Below are positions 1 through 9,500 of a stretch of DNA of 64,000 nt, piece by piece. How positions within the stretch are numbered: the first letter of the stretch is position 1; each line of letters opens with the position of its first letter. A model generated the notes under the pieces. That model worked only from the letters and a program-made list of their open reading frames with translations. It had not been told where the DNA came from and made no database searches. The stretch is from the NCBI GenBank assembly GCA_030749075.1, contig JASMKR010000009.1, positions 23,296 to 87,295 of the forward strand. Direction: 5' to 3'. This stretch comes from Candidatus Thalassarchaeaceae archaeon. GTDB taxonomy: Archaea; Thermoplasmatota; Poseidoniia; Poseidoniales; Thalassarchaeaceae. The translations under genes were made by a program, and so were the position numbers.

Positions 1-809
1 GATGCTATAATCTGCTGGAAGAGGAGATTGGGAGTGATTGTGCCACTCTCGTCCATGATTCTGCGTGCGGTCTCGTCGATGAACACAGATCGTTTGACAA
101 GGCTTCGAAGAACGCTGGAAGCAGTCCTACGGCCCGAGTAATGATGAGCGATCCTGTCTCGGGCGGCAAGAACCTCGGAGGCGATGTGGGCTGGGATTCC
201 AGCATCGACGGCATCGCCGACAAACGATATTGCGCTAGGTAGCCTCCACAAAGTGTTGTGTGCCGACTCGGTTAGCAGATTCCTTCTCGCATCAGAGATG
301 TTCTCGCGGCTGAGGGCGTCACCCAGTCTTCCGCGGTAAGGGGCCACCAGTTGAAGGAGAAACGAGTCGATGGTCCCTATCGGGGCATCCTCTAGCAAGG
401 TCAGCAGCTGTTCTCCGAAGCCTTCGTGCCTGATTCGTGGATCTGTGCGATGAATCCCATCGTCACCCCTTGGACCGGGTCTCAGCCTAGAGATACTTCG
501 CCGCAGGCGGTCCCTCATCTCGTCGGCCGCCCGGTTAGTGAATGTCAGCAGAACGACCTCCCCCGGAAGCAGGCCGCCCCACTCGCGCAGGTCCATGCGT
601 TCGGAGGCGGGTGCTGCGATTACCCCACCTTCGAGCGTCGATGGTCGTTCGGGCTGAGGGAAGAGCCGGGTGGCTCTTTGATCCTCGGTGAGATAGTGCT
701 CGATGACGCGATCGACGATGGTGCTGGTCTTCCCTGTGCCCGCTCCAGCATCAATTACGATATGAGCATCCAGATTCAATGCCAGCCTCTGTGCTGTGTT
801 CAGGCGCAT
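1..809 (-). CDS. UvrD/AddA-like superfamily-1 DNA helicase, N-terminal ~269 codons only (rest lies beyond the left window edge)
   Basis: Absent from the ORF track because it runs off the edge. My own minus-strand translation from ATG 809-807 gives MRLNTAQRLALNLDAHIVIDAGAGTGKTSTIVDRV (Walker A), LLTFTNRAADEMRDRL and TIDSFLLQLV (SF1 helicase motifs). The frame is open to position 1. Its start overlaps the stop of the upstream gene by 1 nt (TGATG). Confidence 0.8.
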   Translation of the reverse strand, partial: MRLNTAQRLALNLDAHIVIDAGAGTGKTSTIVDRVIEHYLTEDQRATRLFPQPERPSTLEGGVIAAPASERMDLREWGGLLPGEVVLLTFTNRAADEMRDRLRRSISRLRPGPRGDDGIHRTDPRIRHEGFGEQLLTLLEDAPIGTIDSFLLQLVAPYRGRLGDALSRENISDARRNLLTESAHNTLWRLPSAISFVGDAVDAGIPAHIASEVLAARDRIAHHYSGRRTASSVLRSLVKRSVFIDETARRIMDESGTITPNLLFQQIIA

Positions 810-3800
810 CAGAAATCATCCTCCATCCTGACTTGGCAGGCATTGCTGACCGAGCAATACCTGCACACCCCCTTCGAAGGAGTCGGGTGCACCTTGCCAG
901 AAGCCGCCCCAGCCGCAACCCCCAGAGCGACGGACAGACGCTGGGCCAGCCATGCTCTTAGATGGTCACTGTCTGGAGAGGGGGGCTCGTCGGAGAACCT
1001 GTGCAGACTCGCAGTGTGATCTGTGCGTGTTCCCACATTCAAACCTGAATGGGAGGCGGAGTACCACGAAGAGACCTCGAGCCTGTGCTCGGTGTTGTGA
1101 CCGAACAGGGATATCCCAGTTGCCACAACCAAATCACCAGGATGAGCTATCTCCCACGCTCTGGCATAGAGTGCCAGTTGTAACTCATCCAACAGACCGT
1201 CCGAGTGGCGATCCTTGGGAACCCTCGACTCCGAGGTCTTCAGGTCCCTGATTGCTACGAGCCTCCGAGGCCTCCATCCGGAATTGTGGACTCTTATTGG
1301 GGCGATGCTCTTGTCTCCATCGGAATCGACCCAAACGTCTCCATCATAATCGAAAGGAAGCAAGTCAACCCGATCGATGTAGCCTCGCACCCGGATTGGT
1401 GGGAGTTCCCCCTTGCCGGTCATTTCTGCAGGTAGGGTAATCTCGATGCCGTTCTCCTCGTGGTTCGACATACTCCACTCCAGTGACACGGGGGATGCAT
1501 CACCGAGCCTGCCCTCGGCACGAACTATGGTCCCTATCCGGCCCGTAGGAGGAACCGGTCTGGGATCGGCCAGCCAACTATTCCAGGAATCGCGGTCCAT
1601 TCCGGTAAGTATCCTCAGCCGGTGTGTTGACACAGCATCGGTCCTATCGAGCCACGGAGCTCTTGAGTCGAGGGCCTCAAGGGCTATTCGCATCACCTCA
1701 TTCTCACTGATGCTAGATCGCGCGACACTCATGATTGCCCCATTCCCCGAGAGTTCTCGCTCTTCACCGATGGCGAAGCCCAAGATTTCGCACAGCATGT
1801 CGTGATGGACTAGGTGCAGTAGATCGCCATGCGTTCGGGGATCGAGGTCTTCGGCCTGCAACTCCTCCTGCTCCGCCTTGAGCGCCTTCGAAAGCCACCC
1901 CATCCTAGGGCACTTGAGCCAGTCATGGAGTCTGCTGGCCGACCAGATTTCAATCCTCTGCTCCGCTCCATTGGAGTGGCCATGCCTCGCGTCGCTGACT
2001 GCCGAGCCCGAAGCAGGGGGGGAGAAAGGCCGAGGGTCGATGGTAGGCGTCCTCTTGCCTTCTGCGGTGTGGGCCCCAATCACAGGCCATCTTGTATTAT
2101 CGCGGGGGGAGTCGGTTCCTTTAGGGGTCCTGCGAGCGAGGTCGGGTCTTTCGAAAGAAAATAGGTGCGATACAGCATTTGCAGGCAGGTATCCGTCGGC
2201 CCCAGATCGACTGGGCTGTCTCCTTTCGCGGTCACGCTGCAACTGCAGGTCCATCGAAACAGAGACCGAACTCGGATTGATGGGTGGTTTAGAGGGTTTC
2301 ATCATCCATCTCAGCAGGTTACCATCAGACTGTCGTAAGTCGCGCGGACTGACTGGGCCAGAGGGGAGTGTTGCAAGTACCTCCGCCTCGTCATTGGGAT
2401 CGTTGGCGCTAGTCCACTCCCTGATTGGCGCAGCGGCTGGGGATGCGTCATCGAAGCTTGGATCGAGCAGTATGACTTGGGAGCCCGCTGCTAGTAGATG
2501 CTCGAAATGGTGTCGGGCGTCGCGCACTGGTCCATCGGGTCTGAGCAAGTTCATCGAGTGTCGCTCCTCCTCACCAAGGAAGGGGACTTTCTGGACTCTG
2601 AGGTCCCACGAAGAACTAGACAGGTTCGCAAGGATGACCAAATCCGCAGTACACCCCAAGGCATCATGAGGACTCAGGACTCTGACTCTACTGCTTGCGC
2701 TTGGGCCGCCTTGTCGGATGCTCGACAACCGAATCAAAGACGTTATCTCGTCGACCCATTTTGGGCCCAATTTGGGGGGATTTTGACCGATGCTGCCCTG
2801 CTTCTCCCTCAAGGCTCGATGGTCCCTGACAATAGCCTGAACGACCGCTGCCGGTGAGGTACCCTCACCGTCACACATCTCCATTGCCGATTTGAGGTTA
2901 ATTAGCCCTAGCGTTTCGGCGAGCCACTCGTCCCCGGTCAATGCCGGCTTGCGCAGTGGAAGAATTTCTCCTGTGTGACATCCTACTCTGAAATGCTCGT
3001 CATCCAGAGCCTCGCGATCCTCGCCTCTTAGCAATGGCCTGAGTGAGTTTGTAACACAGAGGAGCCACCACTGGGTTGACTCCTTTCCGATTCCTTCTAG
3101 TTCTGAGAGCGGGGTCCTCGCCGTGGTCCGCAGCCATCTACTGAGTGCGCCGGGCCCCCCCAATACATGTTCACCACGTGCGAGCTCAGTGAGCAGATCT
3201 AGGTGCGCATGCGGCCGGATTTCGTAATTGGAGGGATGCTTCCCGGGGTCGTCAAAGATTCTGATGGATGACTGCAGAGCGAGCGAGCGCAGGCCCTCAA
3301 GGCCGAATGCGTCGGAACCATGGGGCAAGTTTGCCAGAGAGGCGAGCCAATGTCCCAGTGAGTGGGAGGTGACGGGGGCCTGAGACGGGGGCATCGGTAT
3401 TCCGAGGTCTCGCAGAGCGCGTTCCCAACGAGGGATATTGGACTCCAAGGCCGGATCAACGATGATGACTTGGTCGTTCTCGCTAGCCTCTAGTCGCTCG
3501 CGCACTAGACCGCTCGCCGCATCGAAGGAATGGTTCTCCCTCTTCAGGAGAAGGCGTCTGACACTGCCGGAGTTGTCTGATGTGTCAGGCTCGTGAGGGG
3601 GGACCCATCTAGGAATCTCTGAAGGGCTCTTGATTGGGTACTCGTCGACAAGAAGATGGCCGTGGTGGCCGAGCCTGAAGCTGCCTGGGTACGTCAATTG
3701 ATGAACGGGCCGATGCCTCGAAAGGGCCAGCATTATTTCCGTGTGGGATTGGGCAATCCCGGGAGGGTGGTCCAGCATGATTATGCCATCGACGTCCGCG

Positions 3801-4441
3801 AGGGTGAACGGTTCTGATCCGTCACTCAGGCCTTCGACAATTTTCGAAGAGACCATGTCGGGGTGGGTCCCGCGAAGCTTCTTCTCGAGCCTCTTGAGTA
3901 TCTTTCTGAAGGACGTGATTCCGGGACCGTCCCAACTCTCGGCTGCAGATTCTCTGGACAGTAGCGAGTGCAGGCCAGCCAGAGCCTCTGTCTTGCCTCT
4001 GCCCCAGTTCATGTCCGGAAGTGGATTGATGATTGGAAACGCCAGTTTTGCCGCCTCCCGGCGGCATTCCTCGTGCAGAATCAGATTGAAGGTCCCCTCC
4101 TTGGATAGTACTCTGGGAAGGCGCAGATCTGCGACCAAGGAAGACTTCAGCGAGTCGATGGTATGGTGAAGGGTTCGGTCGATGGCTCCCTTTTCGTCAA
4201 TCATGGACAGGGTCTGCTTGAGGGATTCCTCGGTTGGATATACCACCAGAATCCGACCACGGGACCCTGATTCGATATTGGTCGAACCCAGTGATTGTTG
4301 TGCCATGTGCTGTAGAAGCCACTGTGGAATTGGTCCCCGGGAGACCTCTTCGCTAGTCACGCATTCTTTCCCTGACGCCATCGTGCCATCACCGAGCATA
4401 TGCCATGCTCGGCCGGGGTTATTCAACCCAACTGAAAACAC
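809..4441 (-). CDS. AddB/RexB-like helicase-nuclease subunit (C-terminal RecB-type PD-(D/E)XK nuclease with 4-Cys cluster)
   Basis: 1210-aa ORF. C-terminal motifs are GYIDRVDL, IRDLKTSE and LQLALYA. Four Cys bracket the nuclease (WLKCPRMGW ... CRYCSVSNAC). No Walker A is visible at the N-terminus. Translationally coupled to the SF1 helicase downstream. GTG start at 4441 is uncertain. Confidence 0.7.
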   Translation of the reverse strand: MFSVGLNNPGRAWHMLGDGTMASGKECVTSEEVSRGPIPQWLLQHMAQQSLGSTNIESGSRGRILVVYPTEESLKQTLSMIDEKGAIDRTLHHTIDSLKSSLVADLRLPRVLSKEGTFNLILHEECRREAAKLAFPIINPLPDMNWGRGKTEALAGLHSLLSRESAAESWDGPGITSFRKILKRLEKKLRGTHPDMVSSKIVEGLSDGSEPFTLADVDGIIMLDHPPGIAQSHTEIMLALSRHRPVHQLTYPGSFRLGHHGHLLVDEYPIKSPSEIPRWVPPHEPDTSDNSGSVRRLLLKRENHSFDAASGLVRERLEASENDQVIIVDPALESNIPRWERALRDLGIPMPPSQAPVTSHSLGHWLASLANLPHGSDAFGLEGLRSLALQSSIRIFDDPGKHPSNYEIRPHAHLDLLTELARGEHVLGGPGALSRWLRTTARTPLSELEGIGKESTQWWLLCVTNSLRPLLRGEDREALDDEHFRVGCHTGEILPLRKPALTGDEWLAETLGLINLKSAMEMCDGEGTSPAAVVQAIVRDHRALREKQGSIGQNPPKLGPKWVDEITSLIRLSSIRQGGPSASSRVRVLSPHDALGCTADLVILANLSSSSWDLRVQKVPFLGEEERHSMNLLRPDGPVRDARHHFEHLLAAGSQVILLDPSFDDASPAAAPIREWTSANDPNDEAEVLATLPSGPVSPRDLRQSDGNLLRWMMKPSKPPINPSSVSVSMDLQLQRDRERRQPSRSGADGYLPANAVSHLFSFERPDLARRTPKGTDSPRDNTRWPVIGAHTAEGKRTPTIDPRPFSPPASGSAVSDARHGHSNGAEQRIEIWSASRLHDWLKCPRMGWLSKALKAEQEELQAEDLDPRTHGDLLHLVHHDMLCEILGFAIGEERELSGNGAIMSVARSSISENEVMRIALEALDSRAPWLDRTDAVSTHRLRILTGMDRDSWNSWLADPRPVPPTGRIGTIVRAEGRLGDASPVSLEWSMSNHEENGIEITLPAEMTGKGELPPIRVRGYIDRVDLLPFDYDGDVWVDSDGDKSIAPIRVHNSGWRPRRLVAIRDLKTSESRVPKDRHSDGLLDELQLALYARAWEIAHPGDLVVATGISLFGHNTEHRLEVSSWYSASHSGLNVGTRTDHTASLHRFSDEPPSPDSDHLRAWLAQRLSVALGVAAGAASGKVHPTPSKGVCRYCSVSNACQVRMEDDF

Positions 4442-4448
4442 CTCGGTC

Positions 4449-5387
4449 TCAACGATGTATGGGCATTCTTCGCCGGGGTACCAGTGCGGCGAGCATGCAT
4501 ATCAGGATTGCCACGCTCGGTGCCGGAATTGTCTTCTCAACTATCCCTGGCTCGGTGGGAGGGTTTTCTATCGACCAGTCAACAATTAGGACTGCTGACA
4601 TATCGTCGCCGTCCCATGCTGGGGGAACGTCGATTGCAGATGATCCAATCAGTCCATCGAGCTGGACTGCTTCATGCAGAACGTGGACGTAGTCCCCGAC
4701 TCCGTTCGAACCGTTCGGGAAGCTGGCACTGCCCTCGACGAATAGCAGCCATGCAATACGAGTCTCTGTTGGGCAGCCTTCTTCACACTTGTAGTCCAAG
4801 GTGGTGATGTCCCATGAGAATTCGGTAACGCCCTCTGACGTGCTCGCAGACAAGGACATCGTTCCGCTGTACTCGTGGGTAGGGCCGATAGCCAAAGATG
4901 CAGAGAAGTCGCTTTGCAGGCTGTTTGACTTTGAAGCGGTGCCCAAATGGAGCCTCTCTCCATCGAAAACGGTTGTCGGAGCGAGTCGTGGAGCCCCCCC
5001 AATGGATGTGGAAGCAGTCCCATAAATCGATTCCCAGCGCTCATCGGTACCGTTACTGCCAAACGGATCCTCGACCTCGAACTTGTGCCTATGATAGTGG
5101 ATTCGGGTGGTGTCCGCATCACCTATCGCCTCATCGAGAGTATTCTCGGTAGCCACACAGCTGAAGCACCATGTTGCGGTGTAGACCTCGATTACAGTGG
5201 GTAGGTCGGTCACATCCATGGAGACCGAACTATCAGGCGATGTCGCCGATATGGATAGTGACAGACCCCCCAATGTTCCCCCAAGTATGCCCTCGCGTGC
5301 ATCGTCCCACAGGCCCCCATTCGTCGCCGAGGCTTGTATTGGGACGATGATGAGGGAAACCATCAGCAGGGCTGCAAGCGTTCTCAT
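4449..5387 (-). CDS. Secreted, membrane-anchored thioredoxin-fold protein (DUF1223-like)
   Basis: N-terminal signal peptide MRTLAALLMVSLIIVPIQASA. WCxxC motif in VIEVYTATWCFSCVATENTL followed by IHYHRH. C-terminal hydrophobic segment SVAILICMLAALV plus basic tail PRRR. Confidence 0.5.
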   Translation of the reverse strand: MRTLAALLMVSLIIVPIQASATNGGLWDDAREGILGGTLGGLSLSISATSPDSSVSMDVTDLPTVIEVYTATWCFSCVATENTLDEAIGDADTTRIHYHRHKFEVEDPFGSNGTDERWESIYGTASTSIGGAPRLAPTTVFDGERLHLGTASKSNSLQSDFSASLAIGPTHEYSGTMSLSASTSEGVTEFSWDITTLDYKCEEGCPTETRIAWLLFVEGSASFPNGSNGVGDYVHVLHEAVQLDGLIGSSAIDVPPAWDGDDMSAVLIVDWSIENPPTEPGIVEKTIPAPSVAILICMLAALVPRRRMPIHR

Positions 5388-5426
5388 GGGGCCCTCGAAG
5401 TGAGCGTGTTATTGAATGCTTCCGGG

Positions 5427-6473
5427 TTACTGGGACTCATCGAAAGCTGCAATCGCCCTGCCGATATCCTCGTCGGTTATGTGCAAATGGGTGACAGCGC
5501 GAATGGTAGAGTCGTCAATGGTCAAGGTGTCCACGCCGCATTGCGAGAGGCTGCCTACAAGCCCATCCGCCCCGCCCTCCTTGCAACCGATGTAGACCAT
5601 ATTGGTCTGAACCTGCTCCAGCTCCACCGAGTAGGCGGGCATGGCGCCTAACGCCTCGGCAAGCCTTCTGGCGCGGGCGTGGTCCTCTGCCAATCGGTCG
5701 ATATTGTTCTCTAGGGCAAAGATTCCTGCAGCAGCGACAACGCCCACCTGTCGCATTCCCCCTCCGAACATCTTGCGCCATCGGTAAGCGCGAGCTATCA
5801 TCTCGGAGGAGCCGACCAAGACGCTGCCGACAGGCGCTCCCAATCCCTTGCTCAGACAGATTGACACCGAGTCGTATTCCCTAGCGAGTCGCGCCGCATC
5901 GTGACCCGTGGCCACTGATGCGTTGAAGATTCTCGCTCCATCGATGTGGGCCCTGCAGTCATGGTCCCGGGCGACGGCTGCAATCGAGTCCATGGTTTGA
6001 AGAGGGTAGCAAGTTCCACCGCCTCTGTTTGAGGTATTCTCGACACAGACAAGAGAGCCGTTCGGATAGTGGCCGAGGCTGCCGTCCCCCTTACGGATTG
6101 CATACGCTACGTCAATTGGGTCCATTATTCCCATATTCCCGGGAACTAGGGCGACTGAAACACCAGAAAGAGCGGCGAAACCCCCGCCTTCGTAGATGTA
6201 TATGTGACTGTATTTCTCGGTGACGATCTCGTCCCCCGGTTCCGTCTGGGCTCTGATGGCGGTGGCGTTGCACATCGTCCCTGATGGTACGAACAGTCCT
6301 TCCTCCTTGCCGAGCATATCGGCCATGCGATTCTGTAGATCCATGACAGTGGGGTCGTCGCCGAGAACGTCGTCGCCAACGATGGCGGTGGCCATGGCCT
6401 CCCTCATGGCTGGCGTTGGCTGTGTGACCGTGTCGCTGCGTAGATCGACGCGGTCGCTCTGGTAGTCTCGCAT
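5427..6473 (-). CDS. ltaE: Low-specificity L-threonine aldolase (PLP-dependent beta-eliminating lyase family)
   Basis: DLRSDTVTQPTPAMREAMATAIVGDDVLGDDPTVMDLQNRMADMLGKEEGLFVPSGTMCN is the canonical threonine aldolase N-terminus. Start trimmed from TTG 6518 to ATG 6473 (MRDYQSDRVDLRSDT). Confidence 0.85.
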   Translation of the reverse strand: MRDYQSDRVDLRSDTVTQPTPAMREAMATAIVGDDVLGDDPTVMDLQNRMADMLGKEEGLFVPSGTMCNATAIRAQTEPGDEIVTEKYSHIYIYEGGGFAALSGVSVALVPGNMGIMDPIDVAYAIRKGDGSLGHYPNGSLVCVENTSNRGGGTCYPLQTMDSIAAVARDHDCRAHIDGARIFNASVATGHDAARLAREYDSVSICLSKGLGAPVGSVLVGSSEMIARAYRWRKMFGGGMRQVGVVAAAGIFALENNIDRLAEDHARARRLAEALGAMPAYSVELEQVQTNMVYIGCKEGGADGLVGSLSQCGVDTLTIDDSTIRAVTHLHITDEDIGRAIAAFDESQ

Positions 6474-6518
6474 GGATGGCCTAATGCTCTGGTTCACATA
6501 ACTCGTGCGCTTCCGCAA

Positions 6519-9500
6519 TCAGCGCTTAGATCTCATGTCCTCGGCATATAGGTAGGACTTCTTGCGAGACTTCTGTTCCTCCTTCTTCCTATTGGCTATG
6601 TACATGATTGCCAAGGAGCCCCCAAGCACGGCGGGAACGGCGAACATCAGGAAAGTTAGCCAAAGTGGCCTCTTCGGCTTTTTGCAGGCAGTTTGCCCTT
6701 CGAGTTCTTGGATCTCACCTGAAGGGCACTTAAGCTGCTCAATGGCCCCGGACTCGGGCACGTAGTGACCGGGCCCGGCATTCTTGCAATGATTCGTCCC
6801 CGAGTCCCCCTGATACCTTCCTGGCTGGCACGGCGTCTGGGAAATCGAACCTGTGCTGTTCACGAAGTTTCCAGGCGACGCGTCGAGGCATTCGTCTTGG
6901 CCAGCCCCCGGCTGGTAGCTTCCCTGAGTGCAGGTACTCTGCGATACGGCGCCTTCCTCGGGGACATGGTGCCCGGGCATAGCCTCAGTGCAACTTTCCT
7001 GTTCCCCTGCCTCCTGGAAGGTCCCGGCGGCGCATGGCGTTTGAGCAGTAGAGCCCTGGCCAGAGGCGTAGTTTCCCGGGCTCGAGGGGATGCACTCGGA
7101 CTGGCCCGGTTCCGATTGGAACGAACCCGGCTGACACGGAATTTGCTCGGAGGCCCCGGATTCGTTGACGAAGTGCCCGGGAGAGGCCTGCATGCAAATC
7201 GATTGACCCTGTTCGGGTTGGTACTTCCCAGGAGGGCATGGCGCGGGCGCGGAGGTGCCATCGGCGCTCACTACCTGCCCCGGAGGCGCCTGTTCGCACC
7301 CCGAGCCACCGGATTCCGACTGGTACTCCCCGGAGGAGCAGGGAGTCTGGGTCGTTGCACCGTCTAGGCTCACGTAGTTTCCAGGTTCGGCCTGGGTGCA
7401 CTCTGACTGGCCCGATTCGGATGTGAACGTGCCTGCCGAGCAGGGGATTTGGGAGGCCCCCCCACCGGGGGAGTAGCTGCCTGGATCCGCCTGAAGGCAG
7501 GAAGTCTGACCTGCCTCGGATTGGTACGTTCCGGGTCCGCAAGGAATCTGGTCCGCTGTTCCTTCGGCGTCCGTGTAGTTGCCCGGGTCCGTCTGAAGGC
7601 ATGAGGTCTGACCAGAACCTGGCTGGAATTGGCCCGGCTGGCACGGCGATTGGGATGTCTGCTGTGAGCCTGATGCGAAGTAGCCGGGATATGCTTCTGT
7701 ACACTGTGCTTGGCCTGAATCGGCCGAGAAGGTGCCGGATTCACATGCCACCTGAGCAGTTGCACCAGCAGATGGGACATGGAATCCCCGAGTGGCTTCG
7801 AAGCAATAGGTCGTTCCCGACAACAACTGATAGGTTCCAGCGGGGCATGGGGTCTGGTTGTGGGCCCCCCCACCCAGAACGTAGTGCCCGGCAGCGGCTT
7901 GTAGGCATCCAGATGCACCATAGTTGGGTTGATAGTTTCCCTGTTGGCACTGGTACTGTTGGGTAGACGCGGTTTCGGAACTGTAGTTTCCTGGATCCGC
8001 CTGGAGGCAGGAGGTCTGGCTGCCCAGCGGTTGGTAGTTGCCGGGTTGGCATTGGGTTTGGCTAGAAGCCGCGGTTGTGTTGACGAAATGGCCGGGGGTC
8101 GCTGTAATGCATACTCCCTGCCCCGAATACGGCTGGAAAGAGCCCATGTCACAGGGGAATTGCTCGTATCCATCGGCGTACCAACCCGGGGACGTCTCCA
8201 GACAGGTAATACCGGATTCATACCAGCCCACCGAGCACCCATCAGGGAATGGATCGAAGAGGTTGACTATCCCATCGTCGTCATTATCTCTCTCGCTCAT
8301 CAGTGCGTGCCTACCGTACTCGGCCCCGAGATCGACGAACGCTGGGATATCACTGTCAACGTCTTCGCCGAGCCCGAGGGCCCCTTGTCCGTGCCCCCCC
8401 CAGCAGTAGACGGATCCGTTGGTCGCCACCGCGCAGGTGTGGAAGTTGCCTGCCGTTATCTCGGCTACCCCGAGTCCAGATGGCATCGAGACGCTGACGG
8501 GGGTTGAACTGTTGTCAGTGGTGCCGTCACCAATCTGCCCCTCCGTGTTCCTCCCCCAGCAATAAGCGCTACTGTCATCGAGGATCGCGCAGGTGTGCTC
8601 CCTGCCCGCGTCTATCGAGATCGCCATCCTTCCGGGGGGCAGAGACGCGGCCCTTGCGTAAGCCGAGGTGATGTTGGTGCCGTCACCGAGTTGCCCGTGA
8701 GAATTGTTCCCCCAGCAATACACCGAACCGTCGTCGAGGATGCCACAGGTGTGCATGAAGCCGACATCGAGTGCAACCAACGAGCGGTTCTCGGGGAGTA
8801 CCGAAATAGGCGTGGGGATGTCGCTGCTGTCGTTGGTGCCGTCACCGAGGTGGCCGTACTGGTTCGAGCCCCAGCACATCCCGCTACCGTTGTCGAGGAT
8901 GACGCAGGTCGCGTCCATGCCAGCGTTGATCGATACGGCGGTCCGTCCGAGAGGGAGTCCGATTTCTTGTGGAGCAAGTACATCTGTGACGCCTTCTCCA
9001 TTGCCCACTTGTCCTTTGATGTCCTGCCCCCAGCAGTAGAGGGTCAGGTCGACTGCTATGGCGCAAGTGTGGTGGAGACCGGTGACAATAGTGAGGGCGG
9101 CCTGCCCGCCCAATGTGCTTGGCCCGTGGGGTTCCCAGCAGGCCCCCCAACAGGAGTAATGGCCGTGCCCGATCTGGCCGCTGCCATCCTCCCCCCAGCA
9201 GTAGAAGGAGCCGTTTGACGCTATCAGGCAGCTGTGATGGCCGTCGCCGCCACTCATCTCCACGGCGTTCGGTGGATGAGTTGGCATATTGACGTTCACA
9301 GGGGTATGTATGTCGTAATTATTCCCGTTTCCGAGGTATCCATCAGCCCCCCTCCCCCAGCACTTCATCCCATTGTTGTCCATCACCACGCAGGTGTAGT
9401 TGAATCCTGCTCCGATTGCAGTCAGAGAATGTATTGATCCAACGGTTGAGCCGGGGAAGTTCAGGCCCGAGTGGGTATTGAGGGCACTTTCCTCATCGGC

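Noticed and set aside
426-1019. 197-aa plus-strand ORF (and 779-961, 952-1251) at the left end
   Set aside because: It lies antisense to the SF1 helicase and AddB-like frames, which carry clear Walker A and nuclease motifs. Its product is Pro/Arg/Cys-rich with no motifs, a typical high-GC antisense artefact.
6765-8507. Multiple 120-290-aa ORFs in other frames across the RCC1/Cys-repeat gene (e.g. 6985-7704, 7370-8242, 7929-8507)
   Set aside because: These are periodic frame echoes of the 102-nt coding repeat. Their products are Arg/Pro/Gly-rich and motif-free, while the main frame has signal peptide, RCC1 blades, Cys repeats and TM anchor.
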